This document shows, in pieces, positions 18,498 through 27,272 of a stretch of 64,000 nucleotides of DNA (positions are counted from its first letter, which is position 1; each line of letters opens with the position of its first letter). The notes beneath the pieces were generated by a model, which did no database searches, was not told where the DNA came from, and saw only the letters and a list, made by a program, of their open reading frames with translations. A program made the translations under genes and the position numbers. This DNA comes from a virus (lineage: Duplodnaviria > Caudoviricetes): positions 192,001 through 256,000 of the IMG/VR virus record IMGVR_UViG_3300032254_000001, one strand, 5' to 3'.

Positions 18498-19639
18498 TAC
18501 TTAGCGGTATCACCTTCCATAGACTCTGCCATTTGATCAACAACATCGTCTAAGTCAGCGTCAGATATATTATCTGGGTCGAACTTGTCATCAACTACTT
18601 CAAGTAGCTCTGCTTCGTCAGCCATAGCAATATCTGCCATCATTGTGTCTAAGCAACCGTCATCGTTCTTTTCCCATTTCTTGCGGAACTTTTTAATTAG
18701 TTCGCCTTCTTTGGTAATATAAACATAGCTGTTACCTTCTTTCTTAACAAGCTCTTTCTGCTCTGCTAAGTCAAATAAACCACTGTAAGGGTTCATACCA
18801 GTTTTATAAGGAATCTTAACCTGGATATTTTCAAACGGTTTTGCGTAACGAGTTTTCATTACCTTACAGCCTGCACGTATACCGTGAACTGCTGAAGTCT
18901 TGTTACCGTCTTCATCTTCCTTAAGCTTCATCTTCTTCATTGCAATTACAATTGATGATGCAAATATAAATCCGCGTCCACCACTTATAACTTCGTCTGG
19001 GTTGAACATATCCTGGCTTTCATATGTATGGTTAGTACATACCATGCCTACGTTATACGCACCAAACATGTTTACAGTGTTACGAACTAATGCTGTTAAT
19101 GCTTTAGGCTTACGACCTAAGTCACCTTTCATGTCACCGTCGTCAAACTGTTTAACGTCTGTTGGTGTTAATAACATGCCAAGCGAATCAACTACGAATA
19201 AAACCTTTGGTCTTTCTTCTTCGTCCATTGCTTTGTAGTCTTTCATGAACGTACTAATTGCTTTAGCTACGTCATCAATCATTGACATTGACAGTTTGAT
19301 TAACTTGTCTTCGCTTGTGTCAACACCTAATGCATGTAACCAAGTTTCGTCAAGTGCATTTTCAGTATCGATAAGAACAACAAAGATACCTTGTTCTTGT
19401 GCTGACTTTACAATGTTACCAGATGCAAAGTAAGATTTACCTGCGCCCGATTCACCTGCAAAAATTGTAACCTTACCTAGTGGAACACCTCTGTTGAAGT
19501 CTCCGCTAACAAGATAGTTTAATGCATAGTTACCTGTTGAGATCCAGTCTTTTGGATCGTGAAAGCCTGTTGAAAGGCCATCAATTGATTTTGTTATTGA
19601 TTTTCTAAATTTTGAAACGTCAAATGGCTTCGTGCTCAT
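18497..19639 (-). CDS. uvsX: RecA-like recombinase UvsX
   Basis: GESGAGKS, IDTENALD, VVDSLGML, TNHTY, ISGGRG. Confidence 0.93.
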   Translation of the reverse strand: MSTKPFDVSKFRKSITKSIDGLSTGFHDPKDWISTGNYALNYLVSGDFNRGVPLGKVTIFAGESGAGKSYFASGNIVKSAQEQGIFVVLIDTENALDETWLHALGVDTSEDKLIKLSMSMIDDVAKAISTFMKDYKAMDEEERPKVLFVVDSLGMLLTPTDVKQFDDGDMKGDLGRKPKALTALVRNTVNMFGAYNVGMVCTNHTYESQDMFNPDEVISGGRGFIFASSIVIAMKKMKLKEDEDGNKTSAVHGIRAGCKVMKTRYAKPFENIQVKIPYKTGMNPYSGLFDLAEQKELVKKEGNSYVYITKEGELIKKFRKKWEKNDDGCLDTMMADIAMADEAELLEVVDDKFDPDNISDADLDDVVDQMAESMEGDTAK

Positions 19640-19649
19640 TTATGATCTC

Positions 19650-20543
19650 CTAAATATATAGTTCGCAATGATCATCATTAACTAAGTTTCTGTAGACTAT
19701 TTGTCTATAGTTAGTAATGTTATCCCATATGTTTGTTAAATTACCTAAGTTTAAGTAATCTCCAGTTGGGACTCTATTGCGACTTTCACACCATGCTATG
19801 TACTCCTTACTCAATGGAATAGTTTGTGGTTGTGATAGATTAAGTTCTATTCTGCTTGATTGCGTGTCATGGTTGTTTTCATCTGGATACTCTAAATCCA
19901 TATCGTAAAATGCAAACTTGTTATACAGTGTCCTACCTTTAACATGGAATGAAACCTTTAAATTACAAATGTCGTTTGACATAACCGAATCGCCAAATTT
20001 ATTAGCAACTGAATAATATTCAGATTTGTTTCCTTCGAGGATAATACCTTTGAACGAAGCTTCTAACGCATGTATGTCTGTGTTAATCTTTTCGTACAAT
20101 TTAAGTTTGCCTCGTTGTTGCAATAGCCCAGACAAAGACACATCACGTATCTCGTCTGGGTATAGCTCATGCACTTTATCAAACTCAGCTCTAACAGCTG
20201 GATCTGTGTGCTTACGCATTGCATCAATGTTAAGTATAACTTCATGTGACAACGCCCAATCAGCATGGTATTTGTTTAGCAAAGCCTGATCGAGATACTC
20301 TTCTATCTGATAAACATCTAACTTCTTGCCGCGGTACAGATGTATGTACTCGTTAATACCAAGGATGGTATCTTGCAAGTTGTTTAATAATGTTGTGATA
20401 GTGTCGATGCTTGATCCAATCTTAGCAAAGTCGTTTATACTAGCTGAATTAACTTCTTGTATATAATACTCTACTAAGTTTGGATTTACTGCCGTAAACG
20501 GCAGTACATCTCCAGATCTCTTGAAGACTAAACTAAACTCCAT
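19650..20543 (-). CDS. Hypothetical protein
   Basis: 297-aa ORF between gene 32 and uvsX. Confidence 0.65.
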   Translation of the reverse strand: MEFSLVFKRSGDVLPFTAVNPNLVEYYIQEVNSASINDFAKIGSSIDTITTLLNNLQDTILGINEYIHLYRGKKLDVYQIEEYLDQALLNKYHADWALSHEVILNIDAMRKHTDPAVRAEFDKVHELYPDEIRDVSLSGLLQQRGKLKLYEKINTDIHALEASFKGIILEGNKSEYYSVANKFGDSVMSNDICNLKVSFHVKGRTLYNKFAFYDMDLEYPDENNHDTQSSRIELNLSQPQTIPLSKEYIAWCESRNRVPTGDYLNLGNLTNIWDNITNYRQIVYRNLVNDDHCELYI

Positions 20544-20549
20544 GTTAAC

Positions 20550-21581
20550 TTAGTCTGTCTGACGTGAACGAATCATTGCAAGAATGTCTTGCGCTTTCTG
20601 AGTGTTCGCTGCTGGCACTTCTTCTGTTGTTGCTGCTGCTTCAACTGGTGCTGCTTCAACTGGTGCTGCTTCAACTACAGGCTCTGTAACCGGTGCTACG
20701 TCGGCTTGTGCTGCTGTTTCAACTGTTGGTTCTACTGTTTCAGTAGCTGCTGGAGTTGTTGCTGCTGGTTTTGCTGCATCATCGCCGCCAGTTTTAGAAA
20801 CGCCTGGTGGAGTAAAGTATGCACCCCAACGCTCTAAGTCGTACGGTTCGCCTTCAACAGATGCTTCAAACATTTCACGTATAACCTTCTGAGCTTCTTC
20901 AGATGGCTTTGGTGGTAAGAAATCAGCTAAGTTGCTTAGTGAATGAGTTTCAATTGCTGCCGCTTCGTCATCAGTAAGTGCTGATTCTTTACGTGCCCAA
21001 CTTGAGTTAGTGTAATCTGCATATCCGCCTTTCATCTGCTTCATAATGCGGAAGTCTAAACCGGCATTAGTATCAGTTGGAAGGTTTTCAATTTCTGGAT
21101 CCATTAAGCTGTTCTTAATTAATGTAAAGATCTGTGGGCTAATCATGAAACGACGAATTGGGTTTTCTGGAGTTGGACCATTTTTAGGATCCTGGCGAAC
21201 AAAACCTTGGAATAAGTATGTACGTTTCTTCCAGTACTTACGTCCCATTTCTTCTAGTGAAGCATCTTTGAACCAACCACGTACTTCATCAAGTACTGCA
21301 TCTTTCTCGCCATACATTTCCATACATGGAACCTGAACTATGATGTTGCTTGAAGCTGTTGGATCGCCTTTAATACCATTGAATGGGAATTTAAACATCG
21401 CGCGTTCAACCCAAAAGTAAGGGTTATCTGTGTTACCGTCGTTTAAGAAACGAACAATAGCTGTATCACCTTCGTCGATGTTCCAGTGTGGATATACAGG
21501 GCCTTCGCCGTCTGTAAAAGTTTTGTTTTTCTTGTTGTCTTGTGCTGCTAAACGAGCACGAATATCTGCTAATGAGGCCAT
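20550..21581 (-). CDS. 32: Single-stranded DNA-binding protein (T4 gp32-like)
   Basis: GDTAIVRFL, YWKKRTY, GLDFRIMKQMKGGYADYTNSSW; acidic, Ala-rich tail. Confidence 0.88.
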   Translation of the reverse strand: MASLADIRARLAAQDNKKNKTFTDGEGPVYPHWNIDEGDTAIVRFLNDGNTDNPYFWVERAMFKFPFNGIKGDPTASSNIIVQVPCMEMYGEKDAVLDEVRGWFKDASLEEMGRKYWKKRTYLFQGFVRQDPKNGPTPENPIRRFMISPQIFTLIKNSLMDPEIENLPTDTNAGLDFRIMKQMKGGYADYTNSSWARKESALTDDEAAAIETHSLSNLADFLPPKPSEEAQKVIREMFEASVEGEPYDLERWGAYFTPPGVSKTGGDDAAKPAATTPAATETVEPTVETAAQADVAPVTEPVVEAAPVEAAPVEAAATTEEVPAANTQKAQDILAMIRSRQTD

Positions 21582-21748
21582 AATAGTTTTCTCCTTGTAA
21601 TGTCCTAAATCTACCTAACTCTTCTCGAGCGTATAGAATATCTAACCTGATACTACGCAACCTTCGCGGCGTGTTGTAGTATACGATTATTTATCATCGT
21701 TTTACGATAGTCGGAATTTTTAATTATAATAGTTGCGACTACCTGTGT

Positions 21749-21777
21749 ATTATAAGGCATCGCAGGGAAAATTGCAA
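21749..21777 (-). promoter_or_regulatory. Sigma70-type promoter for gene 32 (second, late-type ATAAATA at 21688-21694)
   Basis: TTGCAA-N17-TATAAT about 165 nt upstream of the ATG. Confidence 0.7.
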
Positions 21778-21842
21778 GTGAAATGGCTTCCAAAAATAAA
21801 ACGACTTTCGCCGTTTTAAATTTTAAACATCTAGAGGAATGT

Positions 21843-23567
21843 TTATTTCTTTAAAAGGAAATTGGTACGTTGCATTAAATCTTTAAGATCAGTTTGATTG
21901 TCCATTGCAACATGTAATGGCATACCGGATTCGGTTACTTCTTCTTTTTCTTCAGCTTCATCGACTTCTTCAACAGCCTCATCGACTTCTTCAACTGCTT
22001 CGTCAATCGCTTCTTCGACTTCTGCTTCTGTCTCAGCGACATATTCTGTAAATGGTTTCATATTGATATCCTCATCATTTGATTCTTTTCGTATGTATGC
22101 GTCCACGTCTCTGTTAACACTAGCATGTAAATGGGTTTCATCGTCAGCATCAAGCTCGCTCTCTAACCCTTCCTGTACACCCTTTATTGCCATTTTAAGA
22201 TTTTGCATTACATTTGGGTTACTAAATTCTAATTTATTTCGAATAGCTTCTCTGATCCAATTGATAACAATCGGACGCGCATCAGCGTCTGGATCACTTT
22301 CAGCTACTTCAGATAATGCATCAAATAAATCATCGTCCCCAATAATATTGTATAATGCATCCGACGCATTCATTGCGTCAAGGCCGAGCGGTTGTTCAGT
22401 TGATAAAAATGCTCTAAGTGCTTTAACTTGTTTTGGTGTTTCTGGAACTGCCCAGGTACCTTCGACAATATTGTCTGCCCACTCTTCAAATTCCTTTATC
22501 TCATTCATGTCGTCGTCCCTGCCAGGATATGGCATTTCATCGTCATCATCGTCTTCCCAATCGCCTTGCTCCGGATGTGTATCTCCAGGAAATTGTTTAC
22601 CCTTAACTTCTTCTGGCCATTCAATCTGAGCTTCTGCCATCTTTTGCAATCTAGCTAATAAAGGTAACGCTTCTTCGGTACGTGTGTTGACTGTTTTCTC
22701 TGTGAATAATTTACGGATAGCTGATGTATCTGTGTCCATCTCTGTAATTTCAGATGGTTCCCAACCTTCCTTATATGTGCTGTAACCACGCTTGCCAGCT
22801 ATTTGCTTTAGGCCCTTACGTAGTGATGTATAATGTGTGCGGCCTGTTTCAACCAAAGCCATTGCTTCGTCGTTGCCTTCGTACATTTTTGAACGTCTAA
22901 CAAATCCGCCCAATGTGTTAATATCTTTAACCATTTCGCAGATGTGTATACCAAATAAATCGTAAGGATTACCGCCTTCGGTAACGTGGCGAGCCATTGC
23001 TCTAGCTCCTGTTAATTTGGTAAATGGTAATTTGAAACGTTCACCTGATGCATTTTCAATAAACAACGAACTGATGTTACGGAAACGCTTTTCGTCTTCG
23101 CCTAATGCTCTAGTATGTTTAATGATGATTTTAGCTTTGCCTTGTGGGCTGTAGCTTGTTTTGGATGTACCGTAATACCCTTCGAAGATATTGCGATAGC
23201 TTTCTGTAATGTCTGTTATATTAGATAAGTCGTACTTTAAATCTGATGTGTGTTTTAAACTAAAACCTAATCTGTTGCTACGAGCGTAGGTGCTTAAATG
23301 TTCTATTAAGTTCTCCCACTTTTTCTTAGCGTCTGGATCAAGTGACTTGCTGGTGTTGTCACCATAGTACACTTCAAGGTTATCCTTAGCACTTAATAAT
23401 ATTACAACTGGGCCGTAATTACGTGAGTTAACAAGAAAGTCAAAACTAAACATTTCAATTTCTTCCATGTCTGTTGTTTCTTTACCTGTTGAGTCTAGTG
23501 TTTTGATATCTGTATTATCGAACTTTGTGCCGAGAATGTTATACAATTTTTCTGCTACATTTTCCAT
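21843..23567 (-). CDS. Hypothetical protein with acidic C-terminus (probable head/core-associated)
   Basis: 574 aa; TAAATA 5 nt before the ATG; Glu-rich tail EEAIDEAVEEVDEA; adjacent to the terminase. Confidence 0.75.
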   Translation of the reverse strand: MENVAEKLYNILGTKFDNTDIKTLDSTGKETTDMEEIEMFSFDFLVNSRNYGPVVILLSAKDNLEVYYGDNTSKSLDPDAKKKWENLIEHLSTYARSNRLGFSLKHTSDLKYDLSNITDITESYRNIFEGYYGTSKTSYSPQGKAKIIIKHTRALGEDEKRFRNISSLFIENASGERFKLPFTKLTGARAMARHVTEGGNPYDLFGIHICEMVKDINTLGGFVRRSKMYEGNDEAMALVETGRTHYTSLRKGLKQIAGKRGYSTYKEGWEPSEITEMDTDTSAIRKLFTEKTVNTRTEEALPLLARLQKMAEAQIEWPEEVKGKQFPGDTHPEQGDWEDDDDDEMPYPGRDDDMNEIKEFEEWADNIVEGTWAVPETPKQVKALRAFLSTEQPLGLDAMNASDALYNIIGDDDLFDALSEVAESDPDADARPIVINWIREAIRNKLEFSNPNVMQNLKMAIKGVQEGLESELDADDETHLHASVNRDVDAYIRKESNDEDINMKPFTEYVAETEAEVEEAIDEAVEEVDEAVEEVDEAEEKEEVTESGMPLHVAMDNQTDLKDLMQRTNFLLKK

Positions 23568-23587
23568 GCAAGTATTTACCTTAGAAG

Positions 23588-25171
23588 TTAGAACATCGCA
23601 ATGAATGGCATCGGTTCAACGACGTCATCACCGTAATCACGTAGTTGGCCAGTTAGCTCTTTGTGATAATCTTTTAGTACTGCGAACATGCGAATAGTTA
23701 GTAATAGTGACATAACTAAGTCATCGTGTTCGCCTGGTTTTGCAGCAAAGCTCGCGCCTAGTGCTACAAAGTGTTTGAATTCAGTTATTAATGGCTTACT
23801 ACTAACTGTCATCTTTTTAGTTTCAACTAAGTTCTTTAACTTAGCACATGCTGAAATCTTACTTTTGTTTGTTGTGTTAAAACCTTTGCGGTAACGTCTA
23901 TTAGTTGTACCGCTACCGCGCAACTTAGGCTCACTTAAAAATACGCCTGCGATGTTTTGTTCGCCGTATTCATCTATGCTTATAAGTGCGGCTTCGCCTA
24001 GTGTATTATTCTCTACACTGTAATACACATTATTTGTGTTCTGACATTTGTCTGACACTTCCTTAACAATATCCGCAAAGACTCGTATCTGCATGGGTAT
24101 AGGAGTTTTGTTGTGCTTCCACTCCGCGACTTGCTTAGTAGTGTTAGCTTCGAATACTTGAATGGCTGCTGGGTCTCCACCCGTGCCGAGGCTCGGGTCT
24201 AATGCCACTGTGTAAATCTTTCCGGGCTTCGGTTCTGAGTACCAGCGTACCTGGCCGGACTTGCGAATAGGTTCAACTCCGGCCATTTCAATTAGTGTTG
24301 TTGCCGCGATAAGTGTTTCGTCGAAGATTAAGAATTCGTTTAAATGCTCACGACGGAAACGTTCTTCGCCTATACGCCCCTTCTCTTCTTCAGCCCATTG
24401 GTCGTCGCGATCAGGATGTGCTTTCCAGTCAGCTTCATATGCTTTGAAACCGTTCTGTCCAAGGCCGCCTTCGCGCTCGTTACCGTATTCGTCTTCTGTT
24501 TTGTTTGCGCCTTTCCATAATAATGCAAACTGATCTTCATCACTGTTCGGTGTTGAAGTAATAATTGCACCGCCACCTGTTGATAGTGTAGGAGATATTG
24601 ATGTCCAAAATTCTTTCGCAATGTTAGGTCTTACAAATGCAAATTCGTCTAAGTACAATAATGTAATAGACATACCACGTCCAGTGTTTTCTGTCGTTGC
24701 CTGTGCAACTATACGTGAGCCATTGTCAAACTCCATCGATCCTTTATTATACGATGTCACACCCGCTCGGATGTGGTCTGGACATAATTCATATGCATAG
24801 CGAATACGCTGCATAATTTCTTGCACACCACTATACTTGTGGGCTGCAATAAGGATTGTGCTATCAGGTTTGAACATTGCGTACCATAGAAGATAGCCTG
24901 CCGCGGTGGTTGTTTTACCAGTTTGCCTACTAAGTAGGTTAATGCTAAAACGATAGTTTACATAACTGTCTATTAATCCCTTTTGGAATTCATATGGATT
25001 GTATTGTAACCTACCTTCAAGAGGGTGTTGGATATAGAAAAAGTGCGTTAAGAAATACATTGGACCGGTGTCGGGGTCTGCACATTTTGCAAAATCAAAC
25101 AGATGTTGCTCATCATAATGAGCTTTGCTATGTGCTTTCTTTACTAATACACCTTCTAGTGATTTGGACAT
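23588..25171 (-). CDS. 17: Terminase large subunit (T4 gp17-like)
   Basis: LLSRQTGKTT Walker A, LLYLDEFAF Walker B, TSTPN, nuclease ALDPSLGTGGD and HDDLVM. Confidence 0.95.
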   Translation of the reverse strand: MSKSLEGVLVKKAHSKAHYDEQHLFDFAKCADPDTGPMYFLTHFFYIQHPLEGRLQYNPYEFQKGLIDSYVNYRFSINLLSRQTGKTTTAAGYLLWYAMFKPDSTILIAAHKYSGVQEIMQRIRYAYELCPDHIRAGVTSYNKGSMEFDNGSRIVAQATTENTGRGMSITLLYLDEFAFVRPNIAKEFWTSISPTLSTGGGAIITSTPNSDEDQFALLWKGANKTEDEYGNEREGGLGQNGFKAYEADWKAHPDRDDQWAEEEKGRIGEERFRREHLNEFLIFDETLIAATTLIEMAGVEPIRKSGQVRWYSEPKPGKIYTVALDPSLGTGGDPAAIQVFEANTTKQVAEWKHNKTPIPMQIRVFADIVKEVSDKCQNTNNVYYSVENNTLGEAALISIDEYGEQNIAGVFLSEPKLRGSGTTNRRYRKGFNTTNKSKISACAKLKNLVETKKMTVSSKPLITEFKHFVALGASFAAKPGEHDDLVMSLLLTIRMFAVLKDYHKELTGQLRDYGDDVVEPMPFIAMF

Positions 25172-25212
25172 AGTTGTATTTACTCCAAAATCACAATTAC
25201 GGACAAAATGTT

Positions 25213-26223
25213 TTAGGGTTTACCGCATGAATCCTGGCATATAACTAACATTCCGTCGTCAAAAGAGCTATGCTGCCATGTATTAGCAACATCATCGAAC
25301 CATTTAATGCAATCTACTAGACTATTTTCTATTGCATTGTTATTGGCAACCATGTGCTTGAATTGGTTGTTTGCTGCACTGTGATAGCCTGATTCGTATG
25401 TCTTAGGCTCAAAACCTAAGTAACAACACGGATATACATCGCCTTGCGCTGATATATAAATCTCTTTGCGTCGTTGTGCTTCGCAGTCAATCTGCTTACA
25501 TTCTTTTCCATTTGTTATATCTTCAAGCAATATAACGTTCTCTTGTTTAAACTGTTGCAATTCTTCTACAGTAGTAAAGTTAAGTGGTGAATCATCAGTA
25601 CCGTCTATGTCACACACCTTACCATCTTCATTGAACACTGGCAAGTGACCTCTAGTGTTCTTAATTGCTTTAAACTCAGTAAACCCAATTCGCAATAAGA
25701 ATAGTTTTAATTTGTGTTCTTGTGTTGCATTGTGCTTGAACTGTATAAACTGACAATGAGCTTCGCCGCCAGCTTTTATATATGCTTTGGCATTTTTAAG
25801 TACGGTATTAAATGAAGTGCCGCGCCTGTATATTTCATGTGTACCAAAGATACCATCAATGTCAAACGATACAATAACACCTAGTGTTCCTAGTTCTTCC
25901 CAAAACTCTACCTTCTGTGCTGATGCATTGGTACTAATATTAATTACTATGTCTGGGTTTTCTGATTTCATCCATTTAATAATATCAATACTATGCGGGT
26001 TCATTACAAAGTCACCAAAGTTACCATTGATTCTAAGATTCGTTATTTGTTGTAGGAAGTTATCTTTAAAGATTGATTTAATGTCTGCTAGTGTTAAGTT
26101 ACGTTCGATATATCCGCCGTTGAACTTCTGCCCGTAAAAGTTGCGTGGGCAGCCAGGGCACTTTGCATTGCAATACGAACTTAGTTCTAGGTGTATTTTG
26201 CTAACTGTGTCTATGTTGAACAT
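25213..26223 (-). CDS. Radical SAM protein with SPASM-like C-terminus
   Basis: CNAKCPGC, STNAS, FDIDG, C-terminal GDVYPCCY; start MFNID lies 5 nt after TATAAGTA. Confidence 0.88.
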   Translation of the reverse strand: MFNIDTVSKIHLELSSYCNAKCPGCPRNFYGQKFNGGYIERNLTLADIKSIFKDNFLQQITNLRINGNFGDFVMNPHSIDIIKWMKSENPDIVINISTNASAQKVEFWEELGTLGVIVSFDIDGIFGTHEIYRRGTSFNTVLKNAKAYIKAGGEAHCQFIQFKHNATQEHKLKLFLLRIGFTEFKAIKNTRGHLPVFNEDGKVCDIDGTDDSPLNFTTVEELQQFKQENVILLEDITNGKECKQIDCEAQRRKEIYISAQGDVYPCCYLGFEPKTYESGYHSAANNQFKHMVANNNAIENSLVDCIKWFDDVANTWQHSSFDDGMLVICQDSCGKP

Positions 26224-26257
26224 GCTGGTACTTATAAGTGAAGATGCAGGACTCAAT

Positions 26258-26280
26258 AAAAAACAGCCCGAGAGCTGTTT
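26258..26280 (-). terminator. Rho-independent terminator
   Basis: AAACAGC-tctcgg-GCTGTTT plus T run on minus. Confidence 0.75.
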
Positions 26281-26291
26281 CTTAATTACTA

Positions 26292-26346
26292 TGCAGTTTT
26301 AGGTAGCGAATCTAGTAAACTGCGGCCGTAACACCATAACGGTCCT
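26292..26346 (-). other. Candidate structured RNA element (two hairpins)
   Basis: GGACCGU...ACGGCC bulged stem followed by GCAGUUU...AAACUGC stem enclosing UAG-AUUCG-CUA. Confidence 0.35.
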
Positions 26347-26360
26347 AAGACGTTATTCGT

Positions 26361-26696
26361 TTAAACATGTGACCAGTTAACTCCAACTTTACGCATCGGC
26401 GACGGTTCAGCTGGTACACGTACATGAATATCTTGCATGTTACCGTACCACTCATTAACTAATTTTGTCATTTCTTCTAGTGAAACACCGTTTGTTTGCC
26501 AAGTATATGCATCGCCTGCGTGACGCATCTGTTTGCTGTCGTGTTTACTCATGAACACTTTAAGTTGATGAGTAGCTGCACTATTTTGCTGTGCTCTGTG
26601 AGCTGCAATACTAACTTCAACATCACCGTAATTTGCATTAGGTGGAATGTCTGACACTGCTTCCATTAAGTTACGTAGCTGATCTATTTCTTTCAT
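26361..26696 (-). CDS. Hypothetical protein (possible head internal protein)
   Basis: MKEIDQLRNLMEAV N-terminus; lies in the acidic cluster. Confidence 0.6.
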   Translation of the reverse strand: MKEIDQLRNLMEAVSDIPPNANYGDVEVSIAAHRAQQNSAATHQLKVFMSKHDSKQMRHAGDAYTWQTNGVSLEEMTKLVNEWYGNMQDIHVRVPAEPSPMRKVGVNWSHV

Positions 26697-26697
26697 T

Positions 26698-27039
26698 TTA
26701 ATATCCCTTAAAGCCTTGCGTAGGGCTAACTGTGTTTATTGGATCTGGTTCTTTACTTGAAGTATTTATGTGTTCTTCGTAGTTTATACCCATTTCCTTA
26801 AATGCAGCCTTGACCATTTTCTTTTCTTCATCAGTGTAAGTAACAATCATTGGACGTCCAGTTACGAAACTGTACGGGTCAATGTCATTACAATGTCCTG
26901 GAAGTCGTGCCATCAACTGTGATGCACGATATAAGTCAAGGAAACCGTCTGCTGTAAATGCTACGCCAGGAGACACTGCGGCTTGAGCCTTTAATGGCTT
27001 ACCACGTTTTGCCTCTGTGACGAATTCGCTAGCTCTCAT
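26698..27039 (-). CDS. Hypothetical protein with capsid-targeting-like N-terminus
   Basis: MRASEFVTEA start overlapping the upstream stop (TAATG). Confidence 0.65.
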   Translation of the reverse strand: MRASEFVTEAKRGKPLKAQAAVSPGVAFTADGFLDLYRASQLMARLPGHCNDIDPYSFVTGRPMIVTYTDEEKKMVKAAFKEMGINYEEHINTSSKEPDPINTVSPTQGFKGY

Positions 27040-27272
27040 TACCAACTCATCTTATCAATGTAATTTGCTAACTGACGTGCTTCTTCTGTTGCACCGATCT
27101 TTTTAAGTACGTTAACTACTGTGTACCCTTCTTTCGAATCTGGATCACGTTCTACTGCGGCCTTACCTGCCGGAAGTAAATGCTTAACAATAAAGTACAC
27201 TTCGTCATCAGTAAAAGAACCTGCTGACTCATCTAAGCCAGCGTGTTTCTTAATAAGATCCAAATCGTCCAT
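27039..27272 (-). CDS. Hypothetical protein
   Basis: 77 aa, MDDLDLIKKHAGLDES; coupled start and stop. Confidence 0.65.
   Translation of the reverse strand: MDDLDLIKKHAGLDESAGSFTDDEVYFIVKHLLPAGKAAVERDPDSKEGYTVVNVLKKIGATEEARQLANYIDKMSW

Noticed and set aside
20602-20892. Ala/Pro/Glu repeats at the end of gene 32 as a repeat element
   Set aside because: Ordinary low-complexity linker of the SSB C-terminus.
21898-22629. Long plus-strand ORFs (also 28497-29063, 53651-54556, 56219-57274, 57305-58201 and similar)
   Set aside because: Antisense shadows of strongly codon-biased minus-strand genes; Ser/Val/Pro-rich, with no RBS or promoter.
395-25171. Inteins or group I introns in helicase, UvsW, UvsX or terminase
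   Set aside because: All are continuous ORFs of normal length, with motifs normally spaced and no splice-junction signatures.
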